64,000 nucleotides of DNA from Azolla caroliniana (lineage: Eukaryota > Plantae > Polypodiophyta): assembly GCA_043228905.1 (NCBI GenBank), contig JBHGNT010000009.1:14818001-14882000 (forward strand), in the 5' to 3' direction. The notes under the pieces were generated by a model, which saw only the letters and a program-made list of their open reading frames with translations, did no database searches and was not told the DNA's origin. The position numbers and the translations under genes are program-made. Shown here piece by piece: positions 12,261-24,356 of this stretch; the first letter of the stretch is position 1; every line of letters begins with the position of its first letter.

Positions 12261-12395
12261 ACTGTCAGGAACTCTATTAAGGCAGAGAAGGAATTAGTAC
12301 TAAAAGAAGGATTAGTACTATTGTTGGGGAATAGTACTAAGACAGAGAAGGACTAGTACTATGAGAGGTGTCGAACTTTGAGAGAAGGAATGAGT

Positions 12396-12447
<52 letters not shown>

Positions 12448-12737
12448 TGATGCGAAAGATATATGTATTATATGACGGAAGATATACAACAGTAGTTAGA
12501 AGGCTTAAGACTGGCGTTGAACCGATTTGGTTCGAACTAATGCCTTGCGCCTCCTTTTATAGTGTCTTCAGGAATACTCCTGAAGTTTCTAGAATGTTCC
12601 AGAGAAATCTGGAATATACATCAATTTCCTAATAAAACCTAAATGAAAATAATATCCTTCAAATTACAACTCATAACCTAATGGTAAAGTCTCGACCCGT
12701 GTAACAAAAGGTTATGGGTTCGAGTCTAGTTATGACA

Positions 12738-13690
12738 GATGCGATATCTGGTGCTGGCCCGGGAGGACCTAACGAACCAGGTGGAAGGCCGAGCCCTGCA
12801 GAACATAACGACCGTGGCCGTGTGTCGGTTCCAGATCGAGGACGTGATATGCCTGTACGGGTGCGTTGGGAAGATCGTGGCTGACCGCGGGGAGTTGGAC
12901 GCCGAAGAGGCCGAGGAGATGTTCGATCGGTTAGGGGTCAAGCTCTCGCTCACCACATCATACAACCCGGAGGCGAACGGAAGGTGGAGCGTGGACACGG
13001 ACCGATCGTCAAAGCGTTAGTCTGGGCATGTGAAGGCCAGGTCGGGAACTGGCCACGACTGTTACCCTATGCCTTGTGGGCGGACCAGACAACGCACAGT
13101 TCGGTAACTGGGTTCATGCCATTAGAGCTCATGTTCGGACAGAAGCCGATCATGCCGATGGAACGCACGATCTCCTCTTGGGCGACAGTGGATTGGAGAG
13201 ACGAGATGAGCCGGGAAGAACTGCTAGCAGCACGTATACGGCAGCTCGAGCGGAGGCCAGAGGACGTGGAACGAGTGGCGGAGAGACTGCGGACGACGAG
13301 GATGAAGAACAAAGCCCGGTTCGACCGAACGCACCGGCTCCGACCAAAGAAAATTGAGGAAGGCGACTGGGTGCTAGTCTACGACAGTAGCCTCGACAAC
13401 CAGCACCGAGCAACATGGAAGTTTGCGAAGCGGTGGTTCGGGCCTTACGTGGTAACGAGCGCCAACGACAACGAGACGTATCACCTGGTGGAACTCGACG
13501 GTATGAGGATGGCGATACCGGTAGTAGGGAAGCGGATCAAAGCATTCAAGAAGCGCCACGACGGCGAACCGGATCTAAGAGGCCTGGGCAGCGATGACGA
13601 ACAGTCCGAAACGGAGGACGAACCGATGGACGAAGAACCGGAACTCGGGCCGGTTTCCTCCAACCAGAGCACAATTTTGGCGCATACCGG
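12738..13690 (+). pseudogene. Inverted integrase core and C-terminus of element B (starts at 6911-6974, split by element C)
   Basis: HFKWMVDLVTMPMGVGQM|RYLVLAREDLTNQVEGRAL...YNPEANG...RWFGPY continues the minus-strand N-terminus ending CESCQIHSIVRHRE. Confidence 0.88.
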
Positions 13691-13698
13691 TGGATGCA

Positions 13699-13720
13699 CC
13701 CTAAACCCTAAACCCTTTTC
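13699..13720. repeat. Telomere-like filler CCCTAAACCCTAAACCCTTTTC at the inversion breakpoint
   Basis: About 2.5 plant telomere repeats inserted inside the codons E-L-H-P (GAGC^TGCATCCA on minus). Confidence 0.75.
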
Positions 13721-16700
13721 GCTCCTCCCGATGTCGGACTATGGAGTGTATCTGACAGCTCTCACAAGTTGTCACGAACCGATGCACGTCCCGGTACAGT
13801 CCCGGCCACCAGTACTTCCCCTTTAGTTTCTCGAACGTGGCCCACGTTCCACGGTGTCCAGCCCAGGGGCTGTCGTGGTAGGCCTTCAGCAACTCCTCCT
13901 GTTCCTCCTTCATCGCCACCACTCGGAGCGGGATGTCGTTTCTCTTCTTCGGGTGCTTCCAAAAGTATCCATCCCGGAGAAAGAATCGGTACGCTTTCTT
14001 CCGGATCTGGTTGGCCTCGTCCTTTGTCCATGACGCGTCTGGCGTCATTGTCCTTAAGAAACCTCCAATCTGCAGCCACTCCCCGTTGTACTTGCTCTCG
14101 TCGAAATCGTTAAGTGCCGGAGTGCTCCCTCCCTCAGTTGTTACGTAAGCCGCCTCGAAGAAGTCTACGCCGACTTCCTCGTCCTCCGAAACCATGCCGC
14201 CCTCGTCGTCGAATCGCGCCCTCGAAAGCATGTCGGCCATGGCATTGTCTTTCCCGGAAATGTGTCGTATTTCTGGATCCAAGGACTTGATGTACGCTAT
14301 CCACCTGAGCATTGCCAGGTCCGGGGTTGAGCATCCGGAAACCATGCCGAGAATCGGCAGGCAGTCTATCTCGATAATCACCTCTGTCCCGATCAGATAG
14401 TCTTTATCGGCCTTCACCGCCGAAATGATACCCCAGAGTTCGCGTTTAACCTAGGCGTATCCTCGTTGTCGCTCGCTGATGACCTTCGCACCGAACCGGA
14501 TTGGGAACCGAATGCCGTCCTCATCCTCTTGGTTGACAACCCATCCGATCTCGGTCGGACTCGTATCTACCGTTATGTAGACGGGAGTGCCTTTCTCGTA
14601 GACAGCCTTCCGGAGTGCCGGAGCTGCAGCAAGAGCCTCCTTCATCTTTCGGACTGACTCCGTATGCTCGTCTCGCCACTCGAATTTTCGCCCCTTTTTC
14701 AGCAACCCGTATAGCGGCTCGGCAACGTGGGCGTAATGCGGGATCCATATGTGGTAGAACGCACATGCTCCCAAGAACCTCCGTACCTCCGTGACCGAGT
14801 TACAGTCGGGCTTCATTGCGGAGATGGCTTCCACCTTAGCCGGAGACGGTTTCCGGCCATACGGTCCGCATAGATGTCTGACGACCATGATCTCTGATTG
14901 CCCGAAGGCCGATTTCTCCCCGGAGAAGGTGAGCCTCGTGTCCTCTAGCCTCTACAGCACCCTCTCGTAGTCGTCAATGTGTGTCGCCACGAATTTCCGG
15001 CATCCGTCCGGTCCGATCATTTCGTCCTTTTCCTCCGCCGGACATCCCTTGATCGGGATGTCGTCCAAGAATGGCATGGTGATGTCCGGGATACAATCCC
15101 TCAGCACCTTGTTCATCGCATTCACTAGGTGGGCCACCGAGTTCATCCCTCCTTGTGGCAGGGTACACATCCGCACTAGGCCGAGAGGAGTTCGCATCGT
15201 CGTAATGTCTCTGCTCTCCACGGCTAGTTGGAACTGATCGTACCCCGAGTACAGATCACCGACTGAGTAGATCGACCTTCCGGCGAAGGCCTCCGCGAAC
15301 TCGTCTATCGTTGGTCCGATTCCTGCGTTCCGAATGGTCACTCTGTTGACCGGTTGCAGGTCTTGAATGAAGCGCAACGTCCCGTTCTTCTTCGGTACGG
15401 TAAACCACCGGTTCGAGTACGGGGCCCTCGACGGTTCGAGGATGCCCATATCGACTTTCTGCCTTAATAGCTCCATCAGCTCCGGGATGTGAGCTCTTGG
15501 TACCGGAATTGGTTTGAGGTTCCACGGCACATGCGGTACCGTGAATATCACCATCAGCTTTACGACTGTCGGGTCTACACACCCGATTTCTTTCGGTGAG
15601 AATGCGAAGGCTTTCCCGTGCCTTCCGAGCATTCTCCGAAACCGGTCTTCTTCCGCCGGTAGTAGGAACCCGCCCCCACCGATTTTGAGCTCCCGTAGCG
15701 TTCTGTCGGTGAAGGTGTGTCCTATGCAGGCCGGATCACGTAAACTAGGGTCTGACGTGACCCCTTTTATTCGCAACTCGCTGCCCTCCGATAAGGGTGC
15801 CGCGACTGGCCTTACCTTCCGGTCCACAGTCTTGTACTTCGTGTTAACCCGGGCCGTCCGATCCGACTCGAGCCCTCGACTGAAGTCCGCGATGACTTCG
15901 TACATCTCTTCCGAACAAACCGGTATCGTCCGGTCTTCTTTAAGGCGCTCTCCGACCACCTCTCGCAGTATTCCCAAGGTATCGTCGAAGGAGACCGCCT
16001 CCACGGCTCCGTTGATTTCCTCGCAAGGCCCAAGAACTCCGCACGCCCGAAGTCGCTCTTCCGCCCTTGTCTTTTCTCGGCCTGCGACGCCGACTATCGT
16101 ACACCCTCCGTTGTCGGACAAACAAAACTTCCTCCTTATGGTACACGGTCACCCGACCTTCCCACAGGTACACTACCCGGCTTCTCAAAGCCTCCGCAAA
16201 GTCCCCGCAGTCTTTCCAGATGTGGCCAACCTTGTCGTACCACATGCACCTATTTCCTGCCGGAGGCCGTCGGTCACGAGCTTGTTCGCCACCTTCCCTC
16301 CGAGCCTGGGCGATTTGGAGATCCTTTACCGCCCGTGTCAACTCCTCCAAAGTTGTTCCCCCGGACGAGCCTCTGACCACGCCGGTCGAAGCCGAACCGG
16401 TTTCGGGCCACTCCCGGGTCTCTTCCCTTCGCGCGTGCGGTATCGGTTCGAGCTTCCTTGGTGCGACAGGACCCGTCCCGGTCGCCCCTGTATCAGCCCA
16501 CTCCCACCGTTTGTCAAAACGGCCGCAGACTCTTTTTATCGCGGCCCAGTCGGCCGTCAGCCCGTCTTCGGTTTCCAATAAGGAGCCCACTTGCTCCCGA
16601 TCCCGTGCGTCAACCGATTTGACAAACAGTAGGACACGACTTGTGTCGAGAATGGTTCGATCGAGCGCCGAAAGGCGCGCAAAGCGATCCTCAAACTCCC

Positions 16701-17130
16701 GGAGGAGTACCGACGCATTTCTTCCTTTGTTGGGGGACTCCACCCACTCCATGAAGCCCCGCTTCGAAAGTCGAAGTGCGTCATCCAGCCCGTATTTCTC
16801 CAGGAGCCTTCCTTCAAACTCCTCCCAGGTCCGGCTCTCCGCCCGGACCTCGAGCACCTCCGCATGGATGCCCGGCATCGCCACTCGAGGGAATCCGGCA
16901 AGATGCCTCTCTTCCGGAATATCCCTCATCAACATCTCCGCCCGATAAGACGCCAAATAACTCGTGGCATCCTTTCCACTGAACCGGCCGATCGTGTCGA
17001 CGATCGCCTCAATAGCCCTGTCAAAGGCGTCGGTGCCCTCGCGCGCGCTCACTATCCAGTCCACGGCCGAAGCCATGGCCTCTACAAGATCCGACCCCCT
17101 CATCTTCTGCTCCTCTACCGCCTTGTTCAC
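13721..17130 (-). pseudogene. Gag, RT, RNase H and integrase N-terminus of element B; protease appears deleted near 16150
   Basis: gag 15940-17130 with degenerate knuckle CMWYDKVGHIWKDC; RT DLYSGYDQF...LPQG...PFLDDIPIKG; RNase H TVDTSPTEIGW; HDSPWAGHRG zinc finger. Confidence 0.9.
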
Positions 17131-17143
17131 GTCGGGTTCACCA
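17126..17143 (-). promoter_or_regulatory. PBS of element B complementary to tRNA-Trp
   Basis: Plus strand TTCACGTCGGGTTCACCA matches the recalled 3' end of plant cytosolic tRNA-Trp; 4 nt from the 5' LTR. Confidence 0.85.
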
Positions 17144-17147
17144 AATA

Positions 17148-17795
17148 TGTCGCGTTACGACGCGAGTGCGTGGAGAAACGAGGCGGGACCACCGGGGTCT
17201 TGAACCGAAGAGCAGGTGATAGAAGGGGAAAAAGAGAGAGAGAGACGCCTGTCACGTATGAGCAAAGAAACACAGGGGCACGGCCCGTCAACACAGAAGA
17301 CACGAATGGACACAGAGACATGGAGACACAAGTTTTTGTAGATTAACGAATAACAAATACACAACAGAGCACGCGAGCTATTACAACCGAACAGGCCGGC
17401 GAACAGATGCCGATGCCTGTTCGTCTGCGCACGAAAGGAGAAAAGGGTGGAGGTGCTGCCGGAAGCACACGGGCATTCCTCGAAGCAGAGCGAGCCTCCC
17501 GAAAGCCTGTAGAGAAGAGTGATCGAGAACGAACAGAGGAGAAGCGTTCCATTACGGTTCGACAGCACTTCGTCCTCCTTAATGCGCGATGCCTTCTCTC
17601 TGCGTCTCCTTCTCCTTTATAGCGTCAAGAAGGGAGCCGTCCCCCCTCATTTTCGTCCTACCTACCGAATCTAACTACCCAGGATATACCTACGTACTTA
17701 ATCTCTATTATATACATTAAGGGTGCGCACGTGTGAAGAGCCGGTTCACGCGCGCTATGCACCGATTGCGCTAAGGGACGGTTTTCTTCACGACA
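17148..17795 (-). repeat. 5' LTR of element B (648 bp)
   Basis: TGTCG...CGACA termini, adjacent PBS, minus-strand TATAAA near 17620, TSD on the right. Confidence 0.92.
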
Positions 17796-20700
17796 GCGAT
17801 CCAGCATGTGACTTCGTGTCCACTTGACACACATCGGTATACACTAGCTCCATTAGTGCATTTCGTCTCATCGATGGCCTTGATCAGAAAGAGGTTTGGT
17901 TTTGCTTGCCGGCAAGGCAGTTAGTGCACTTCTCAAGTTGCACGTCCTTCATCAAAATGAGATTGTCCTGGGCAAGTCTCTTCATCCCCTTCTGACTCAT
18001 GTGACACAACCTCTTGTGCCACAGCTCACCGGCAGTGTCGGATGCTACATTCACTTCTTCCTGGCATATCCAGGCATGCATCAAATATAGTGTGTTGATC
18101 TTCCAAGCTTGAGCCATAATCATGCTTCCTTTGCTGAATTTCATGACTCCGTTCCGGATGCTACCGATGTAGCCTTCATCATCTAGTCAACCGGCTGATA
18201 TTAGGTGCAACCGAACCTCCGGAACATCTCCAGTCCGAACATCTCCGGTCCGTTCATTTCCGATACGGGCCTCTCCGATCCAAACCGTTTCTGTCCGAAC
18301 TCTTCTTCGAATCAGTGGTGTCGACCCCTTTCTCTTTCCAGAAATGCCGATAGTTCTTCTGGAAGTGCCCCAGCTTCCCACAATACAAGCACATGAACCT
18401 CCCCCTTGACTTCGACTTCGTCCCCGATTTGTCCCGGTTTTGGGGATTCCGATTTCAACCTCTTCCGATTTTGGCCTTCGGGTGGGTTCTGGATTCCCGA
18501 TCCTTTCGGCGAGCTTCTTCATCTAGCAAGCTTGATTTTACCCTTGCTAGCGACAATTGCTTTCCTTCCGGCCCGGGATTGTCCAAAGTGACAACTAGCA
18601 TCTCCCAACTATCCGGGAGGGAACCGAGTAGGAGCAATGCAAGTACCTCATCAACTAGAGGTACTTCAAGTGAAGTTGTTGTCCATAACGAGTGCGATTT
18701 GCGGAAACGTGTATGGATCTGTTGTCGGTTCTGCACAGCAAACAACGCATACAGAAAATAGAATAGGCATGGACTTACACAGTGCAAGCTCTAATGGAAA
18801 GCTTTATTGCTTCGTTTTTACTCTCTCTCTGAGATACAATACACAGAACCAAAGAATATGTTCCTCTCGTCACTCATTTCAATGTTAGGTATTCGCTTAT
18901 ATACTAAGCCCTAACTTATTGATGAGTTCACACTTGAACAGATACAACTTGGAAGGAGTCGACCTTTTATGCCAACGAACTCCCCCATAAAAGGACTACC
19001 CTTTCTTGCATGTAAAAGTGTTTGGGGTTATCTCCCCCGTAAGCCTAGATTACAAAATTGATCTAAGTTTATATGTCACAAGTCGGTCGGCATGCAGCCG
19101 AGTTGGCATATGTATAGGATGTGTCGTTATTGTTCCGATAAGATCTTACCTTCTGCTCTTCATTCGGCGTTCTTCTGCTCGGTCTCTTGTCATAGCCCCA
19201 TTTTCGTCCTTAGTGCTCCGAAGCGTAGATTTGGGAGTGGCTTCGTCAAGCAATCGGCGATGTTCACCTCGGTGTCAATCTTCCGGACTTCGAGTTTCTT
19301 TTCAATTACGAGCTCCTGGATATGATGATACTGCACCTCAATGTGCTTCGTCTTCGCATGATAGACGAGATTGTTGATGAGGTGTATTGCGCTCTGTGAG
19401 TCGCAATAGATGGTCGGCGCTAGTCCATCATTTCGGTTTGCAATTCTGAAGTCAGCAGTCAGTCGGTGCACCCAGATCGCTTCCTTCGCTACTTCCGATG
19501 CTGCTATATACTCGGCTTCCGTGGTAGACAGAGTCGTGCACTCTTGAAGTTTCAACCTCCATGATATCGCCTTGCCACCATAGGTGAAGATGTAGCCTGA
19601 TGTCGATTTTCGATTATCTGCATTTTTGGCATAGTCGGAATCGGTGTAGCCTTCTAGGGTTGTTAGTCTGAAAGTCAGATGTGCATCTAGGGTTCCTTTT
19701 AGATACCTAAGGATGTGCTTGACGGCCACCCAATGCTTCTTTCCTGGGTTTGACATGTATTGGCTGACCACCCCTACGACATAGGTTAGGTCGGGTCGGG
19801 TCGCCATCATTGCATACATGATACTTCCTACTCCCGATGTGTAGGGTATTTTTCCATTAAGTTCTCTCTCCTTGTCCGTTGAAGGAGAGTCTCTGTCTCA
19901 TAGTCCAATCAACATCGGAAGCGGTGTCGGTGTTGGCTTCACATTCTCCATGTTGAAGCGCTTCAGCACTTTGCGGATGTATTCGGACTAGGAGAATCAG
20001 AGAGTTTTGGTGGTCCGATTTCGCTCTATCCTCATGCCCAATATGTGTCAGGCTTGTCCGAGTTCCTCCATCGCGAACTTTGCGTGAAGGCTCCACTTCA
20101 GCTTACTGATCTCTGCTTGATTGCTTCCTACAATCAACATGTCATCGACGTAATGGATCAGATAGATCCTTGACTCGTCGGCCAATTGTCGAACATACAT
20201 GCATGGGTCGGAGTCTGATTTGTTGTATACAAGTTGCCGTATGTAGGAATCAAACTTCTGGTACCACATTCTCGACGCTTGTTTTAGGCCATATAGACTT
20301 TTCTTTAGTCGACATATGAGGTGACTGTCCTCCCCCGTCGCCAAGAAGCCTGCCAGTTGAGACATGTATATGTCTTCTTCTAGATCTCCGTGTAGGAATG
20401 TCGTCTTTACGTCCATCTGCTCGATCTCTAGATCTTCTATCGCCATGACTCCTAATAGGAGTCGGAGGGTGGTCATATTGATTGTTGGTGAGAATATCTC
20501 GTTGTAGTCGACCCCATATTCCTGTTTGAATCCTTTCCCGACAGGCTGAGCTTTGTACTTGGGTTTCTCTGTGTCAGATACATACTTGGATCGGAAAACC
20601 CATTTCCAAGGTAGTGGCTTCCTTCTAGCTGGTAGTTCAACCAACTCCCATGTTTGATTCTGATGAATCGAGTCCATTTTGGATTTCATGGCTTGTAGCC

Positions 20701-21780
20701 ATGTTTCGGCGTCCGGTGCGGTCATAGCTTCTTCATAGGTGCTTGGTCCGCCTACATCCGTGTACTTGATGTAGTCAAGGCCCGGTTGGTAGAACTCTGT
20801 TTGCCTTCGAGCTCATCCAGATCTCCTAGGTGCCAAGATGTTTGGTTCAAATCCTTCCATTAGCTTGGTCGATCGGTATTAGTTGAACCATCTATATTAG
20901 GAGTCTTGTTAGGTGTCCCGCCCCCAGATTGGGATTTTAACGGTGTCTGGTTGTACTCACTCCCTTGTGGTTGTCGTCGACTCTTTTCTAACTTGTCTCA
21001 TAGTGACATTGCCTTTGAGTTCGACTATAGGACTTGTTGCCAATTCGGTGTCGGTAGGGAAGTTGGCAACTTGTTGGAGTTCAATTGTTTGTCGAGTCTC
21101 CGATTCGGCCCGGTGGGTCGGTCCTTCTACGACAGTGTTGTCATCTTCGAAGGATACCTTCTTACCAACTGTTTTCTATTGGTTCCGCTAAGAGAAGATA
21201 GAGTCTTCATTGAAGATTATGTCATTGCTCTGGATCAATTTTCGGTTCTCAGGGTCTATTACCCGGACAAAGGGGCAGACGGACATAGTGGGGAAGCGTC
21301 GGAGTCGGAGGTTCAGAGTCGAAGTCGAAGTCAGATTGAGGAAGAGGATCAATGAGTCATCATTTTGCCAAATAATGGTTAATACCGAAAATTATAGTTT
21401 GTTACAAGTTTTGTAGTTCTTGTTGATAGGGCAATATGTATATCTTGATGAGGAAGTCCTTCAAGTTGCCTATTAAAAAAGGAACCAAAGGCATTGTAAA
21501 ATCTATCATTTATCTTTAGTAATATAAGTTTAATTGTAGGAAATCTCGGTGTGCAACTGTTTATTTTCTGTTAATCTATTTCCACCTTGCTATAACTATA
21601 TTACGTAAGTAACAATCTCAATGCATGTGTAACATCGATAGGATTACAATAACTTAGCATCCATTCGCACAACCACAATTCATTGATAGAACGTTCGGTA
21701 CGAAACGTTCGAACTTTGCTCTATGTTGGCAATAGAGTCAGTTGTCGGCCGAACAACACAGTATAATTTTGGCACGCCCG

Positions 21781-24128
21781 ATCTTTAGCGGGTATAATCA
21801 GGTAAGAATGCATCCGGATGATCAAGAAAAGACAGCCTTTGTCACCGAATGGGGGGTATTTGTGGTGGTTGTAATGATGTTTGGGTTAAAAACAACCCCA
21901 ACCACATTTCAAAGAGTCATACAAGAAATTTTTGTTGAGTACATTCCAGCATTCATGCAAGTTTTCCTAGATGATTTTGTTGTCTACAATTGGAAGTCAG
22001 AACATTTTGAACATTTGCACTTGTGTTTGGAACAATATCGGAAAGGTCGGCTTAGCTTGAATCCGGCAAAGTGCGCGTTCGGAGTTACAAGTGGAGCATT
22101 ATTAGGACACATTGTCAGTCAAGAAGGAATTGCAGTTGACCCAGACAAGGTCAAAGCTATATTATATGCACTAGCACCAACCAACTCTAAGAGGCTTAGT
22201 CGATTTTTAGGGAAAATTAGATGGCATAGTAGAATGATCAGATATCTTGCTGATGTTGCCATTCCCTTACATACGGCGGTGCATAAAACACCTTTCCAAT
22301 GGACGAGTGTGGAGCAGGATGCCTACGACTGCCTGAGGGAAATGCTTTCTAAAGTTCTGGTGGTTCAACCGCCTGATTGGAACAAACCATTTCATGTGTT
22401 TGTCGATGCATCTGACGTAGCAATCAGATGCGCACTAATGCAGTGTTATCTGAACCAAGCTGGTACATACGCTAGTCGGAAACTATCTACAGCAGAAAAG
22501 GAATTATTCGACAACTGAAAGGGAAGATTTGGGAATGATTTACAGTATCAACAAATTTCGACACTACCTTCTGGGGAAGAAATTTACATTCCATGTGGAT
22601 CACTCTGCTTTACCATATTTGGTATCCAAACAAGAATTAACTGGCAAACTAGCACGTTGGACGCTATTACTTCAGTAATTTGAATTCGACATTCTACATA
22701 GGCCAGGAGTGCAACATGCCATCGCAAATTACCTTAGCCGATTAGAGTTGGGAGAAGAGGGCACAAGAGTTAAAGATGATTTTCCGGATGGTCAACTCTC
22801 ACGATTAGACACGGTACGAGTGCAGGAAATAAATGAGGAGATCGAGGATGCTTGGATTACAGAAATGACAATTTTTCTTACGATAGGGTTACCACCCGAG
22901 CATCTATCAACAGACAAAAGAAAACGGTTAGCCGTTCGCAGCTGGAATTTCTGTCTTTTAAATGACACCATGTATCATAAAGGAGCTGATGGAATTTGGC
23001 GACGAGCAGTACGACAATTTGAGAAAGAGATAATTCTTCAAGAATCTCACTGTTGTATCACGGGAGGGCACTACGCCGGCGAAACTACTGATCAGAAAAT
23101 TTTGAACAGTGGGTTATCGTGGCTGACAGTTATGAAGGATGCAGTCGAATACTGTCAAAAATGAGATTTATGTCAGAGAATGGGTCAACCTACCGAAAAA
23201 GACAGGATGTCATTTCAACCCGTCTTGCCTTTGGAACCATTCCAGAAATGGGGATTAGACTTTGTCGGCCCATTTAAACCAGCAACGATTCGAACAGGGA
23301 ATCGATACATCATAGTAGCCACTGAAGGCTAAACCCTTACGGGATAACACGACAGTGTCGACAACAAAATTTCTATACGAAAGTATATGGTGTCGGTCTG
23401 GGTGGCCAATTGAATTGGTAAGTGATCGAGGTACACATTTTATTAATAAAATTGTACATGAATTATCTACATATTATGCAGTGGTTCATAAGAAAAGTAC
23501 TCCTTATTACCCTCAAGGAAATGGGCTAGCGGAGTCGACAAATAAAACGTTGCAAATGATACTCAAGAAAATAGTCAATGAAAATCATACAGATTGGGAT
23601 CAGAAACTGAATAGTGCCTTATGGGCATATAGGACTTCATATAAGACTTCTATCAAATCAACTCCTTTTCGCATGGCATTCAGTTTAGAAGTCGTAATGC
23701 CAATAGAGTTTCAAGTTCCAACACTCCGAATTCAAGCAACAGAAAGGTTAGATGAGTTGCAGTTGGAACAAATTCAGAAAGAAGGATTACTGTTGTTAGA
23801 GGAAAGTCGAATACAGGCTATGATAGATTTAGAGCGGAAGCAACGACAAACGAAAGCATTTGTGGATCGTCACCCTCGACATGTAGAGAAATAGTTCGCA
23901 ATCGGAAAACCGGTGTTAGTGTTTCAAACAAAAATGGGGTCTATGCCTGGGAAGCTTCGATTTCGATGGACGGGACCATTCTGAATTATTAATAGCAAAA
24001 ATGGTACTTACCAAGTCGGAACACTGTCCAGTGACATTCTACTGAAATGGGTAAATGTTTTTCGGCTTAAACCCTATCATGGATCAATACTAGAGAACCC
24101 CTTTCAAGCTACATCCTCCAGAACGTGA
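21781..24128 (+). pseudogene. RT, RNase H and integrase remnant of element E
   Basis: FSGYNQVRMHPDDQEKTAF, VFLDDF, VDASD, GGHYAG, STPYYPQGNGLAE, RWTGPF. Confidence 0.92.
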
Positions 24129-24356
24129 CGTGGTAGACGTCACACAAAATAAATAAATAAATAGTAACTAACTAATTATTATCTTAGCAAAAAGTAACTA
24201 ACTGTTAGAAAAGGAAATCTTGGGAAAGTCTTTGTCACACTATAAGTAAACTAGTGGTAATAATACATGCACACATTAAAAGAGTAGTGGAGCCATTATT
24301 ACTATTTCTAGACTATTACTTACATTAATAGTAGCTTTCTCTATTCCCTAGGCATC

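Larger units (their letters stand above)
6975..12737 (-). mobile_element. Element C: full-length, very young chromovirus (Ty3/gypsy, Tf1/Tcn1-like)
   Basis: LTRs 6975-7425 and 12263-12737 (TGTCA...TGACA) identical by eye except (GA)10 vs (GA)22; TSD GATGC (6970-6974/12738-12742); PPT AAAGGGGGGATAG at 7426-7438. Confidence 0.97.
3024..17795 (-). mobile_element. Element B: Ty3/gypsy non-chromovirus LTR retrotransposon, internally inverted and deleted
   Basis: Termini TGTCG...CGACA; 4-bp TSD GCGA (3020-3023/17796-17799); full 5' LTR 17148-17795; only 241 bp of 3' LTR (3024-3264); gag/RT/RH on minus 13721-17130; integrase core on plus. Confidence 0.9.

Noticed and set aside
13669-13692. ACAATTTTGGCGCATACCGG as another PBS
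   Set aside because: No matching LTR upstream and no convincing tRNA match; origin unresolved.
15514-16948. Long plus-strand ORFs (355 and 293 aa) opposite gag-pol of B
   Set aside because: Antisense shadows of GC-rich coding sequence with no recognisable domains.
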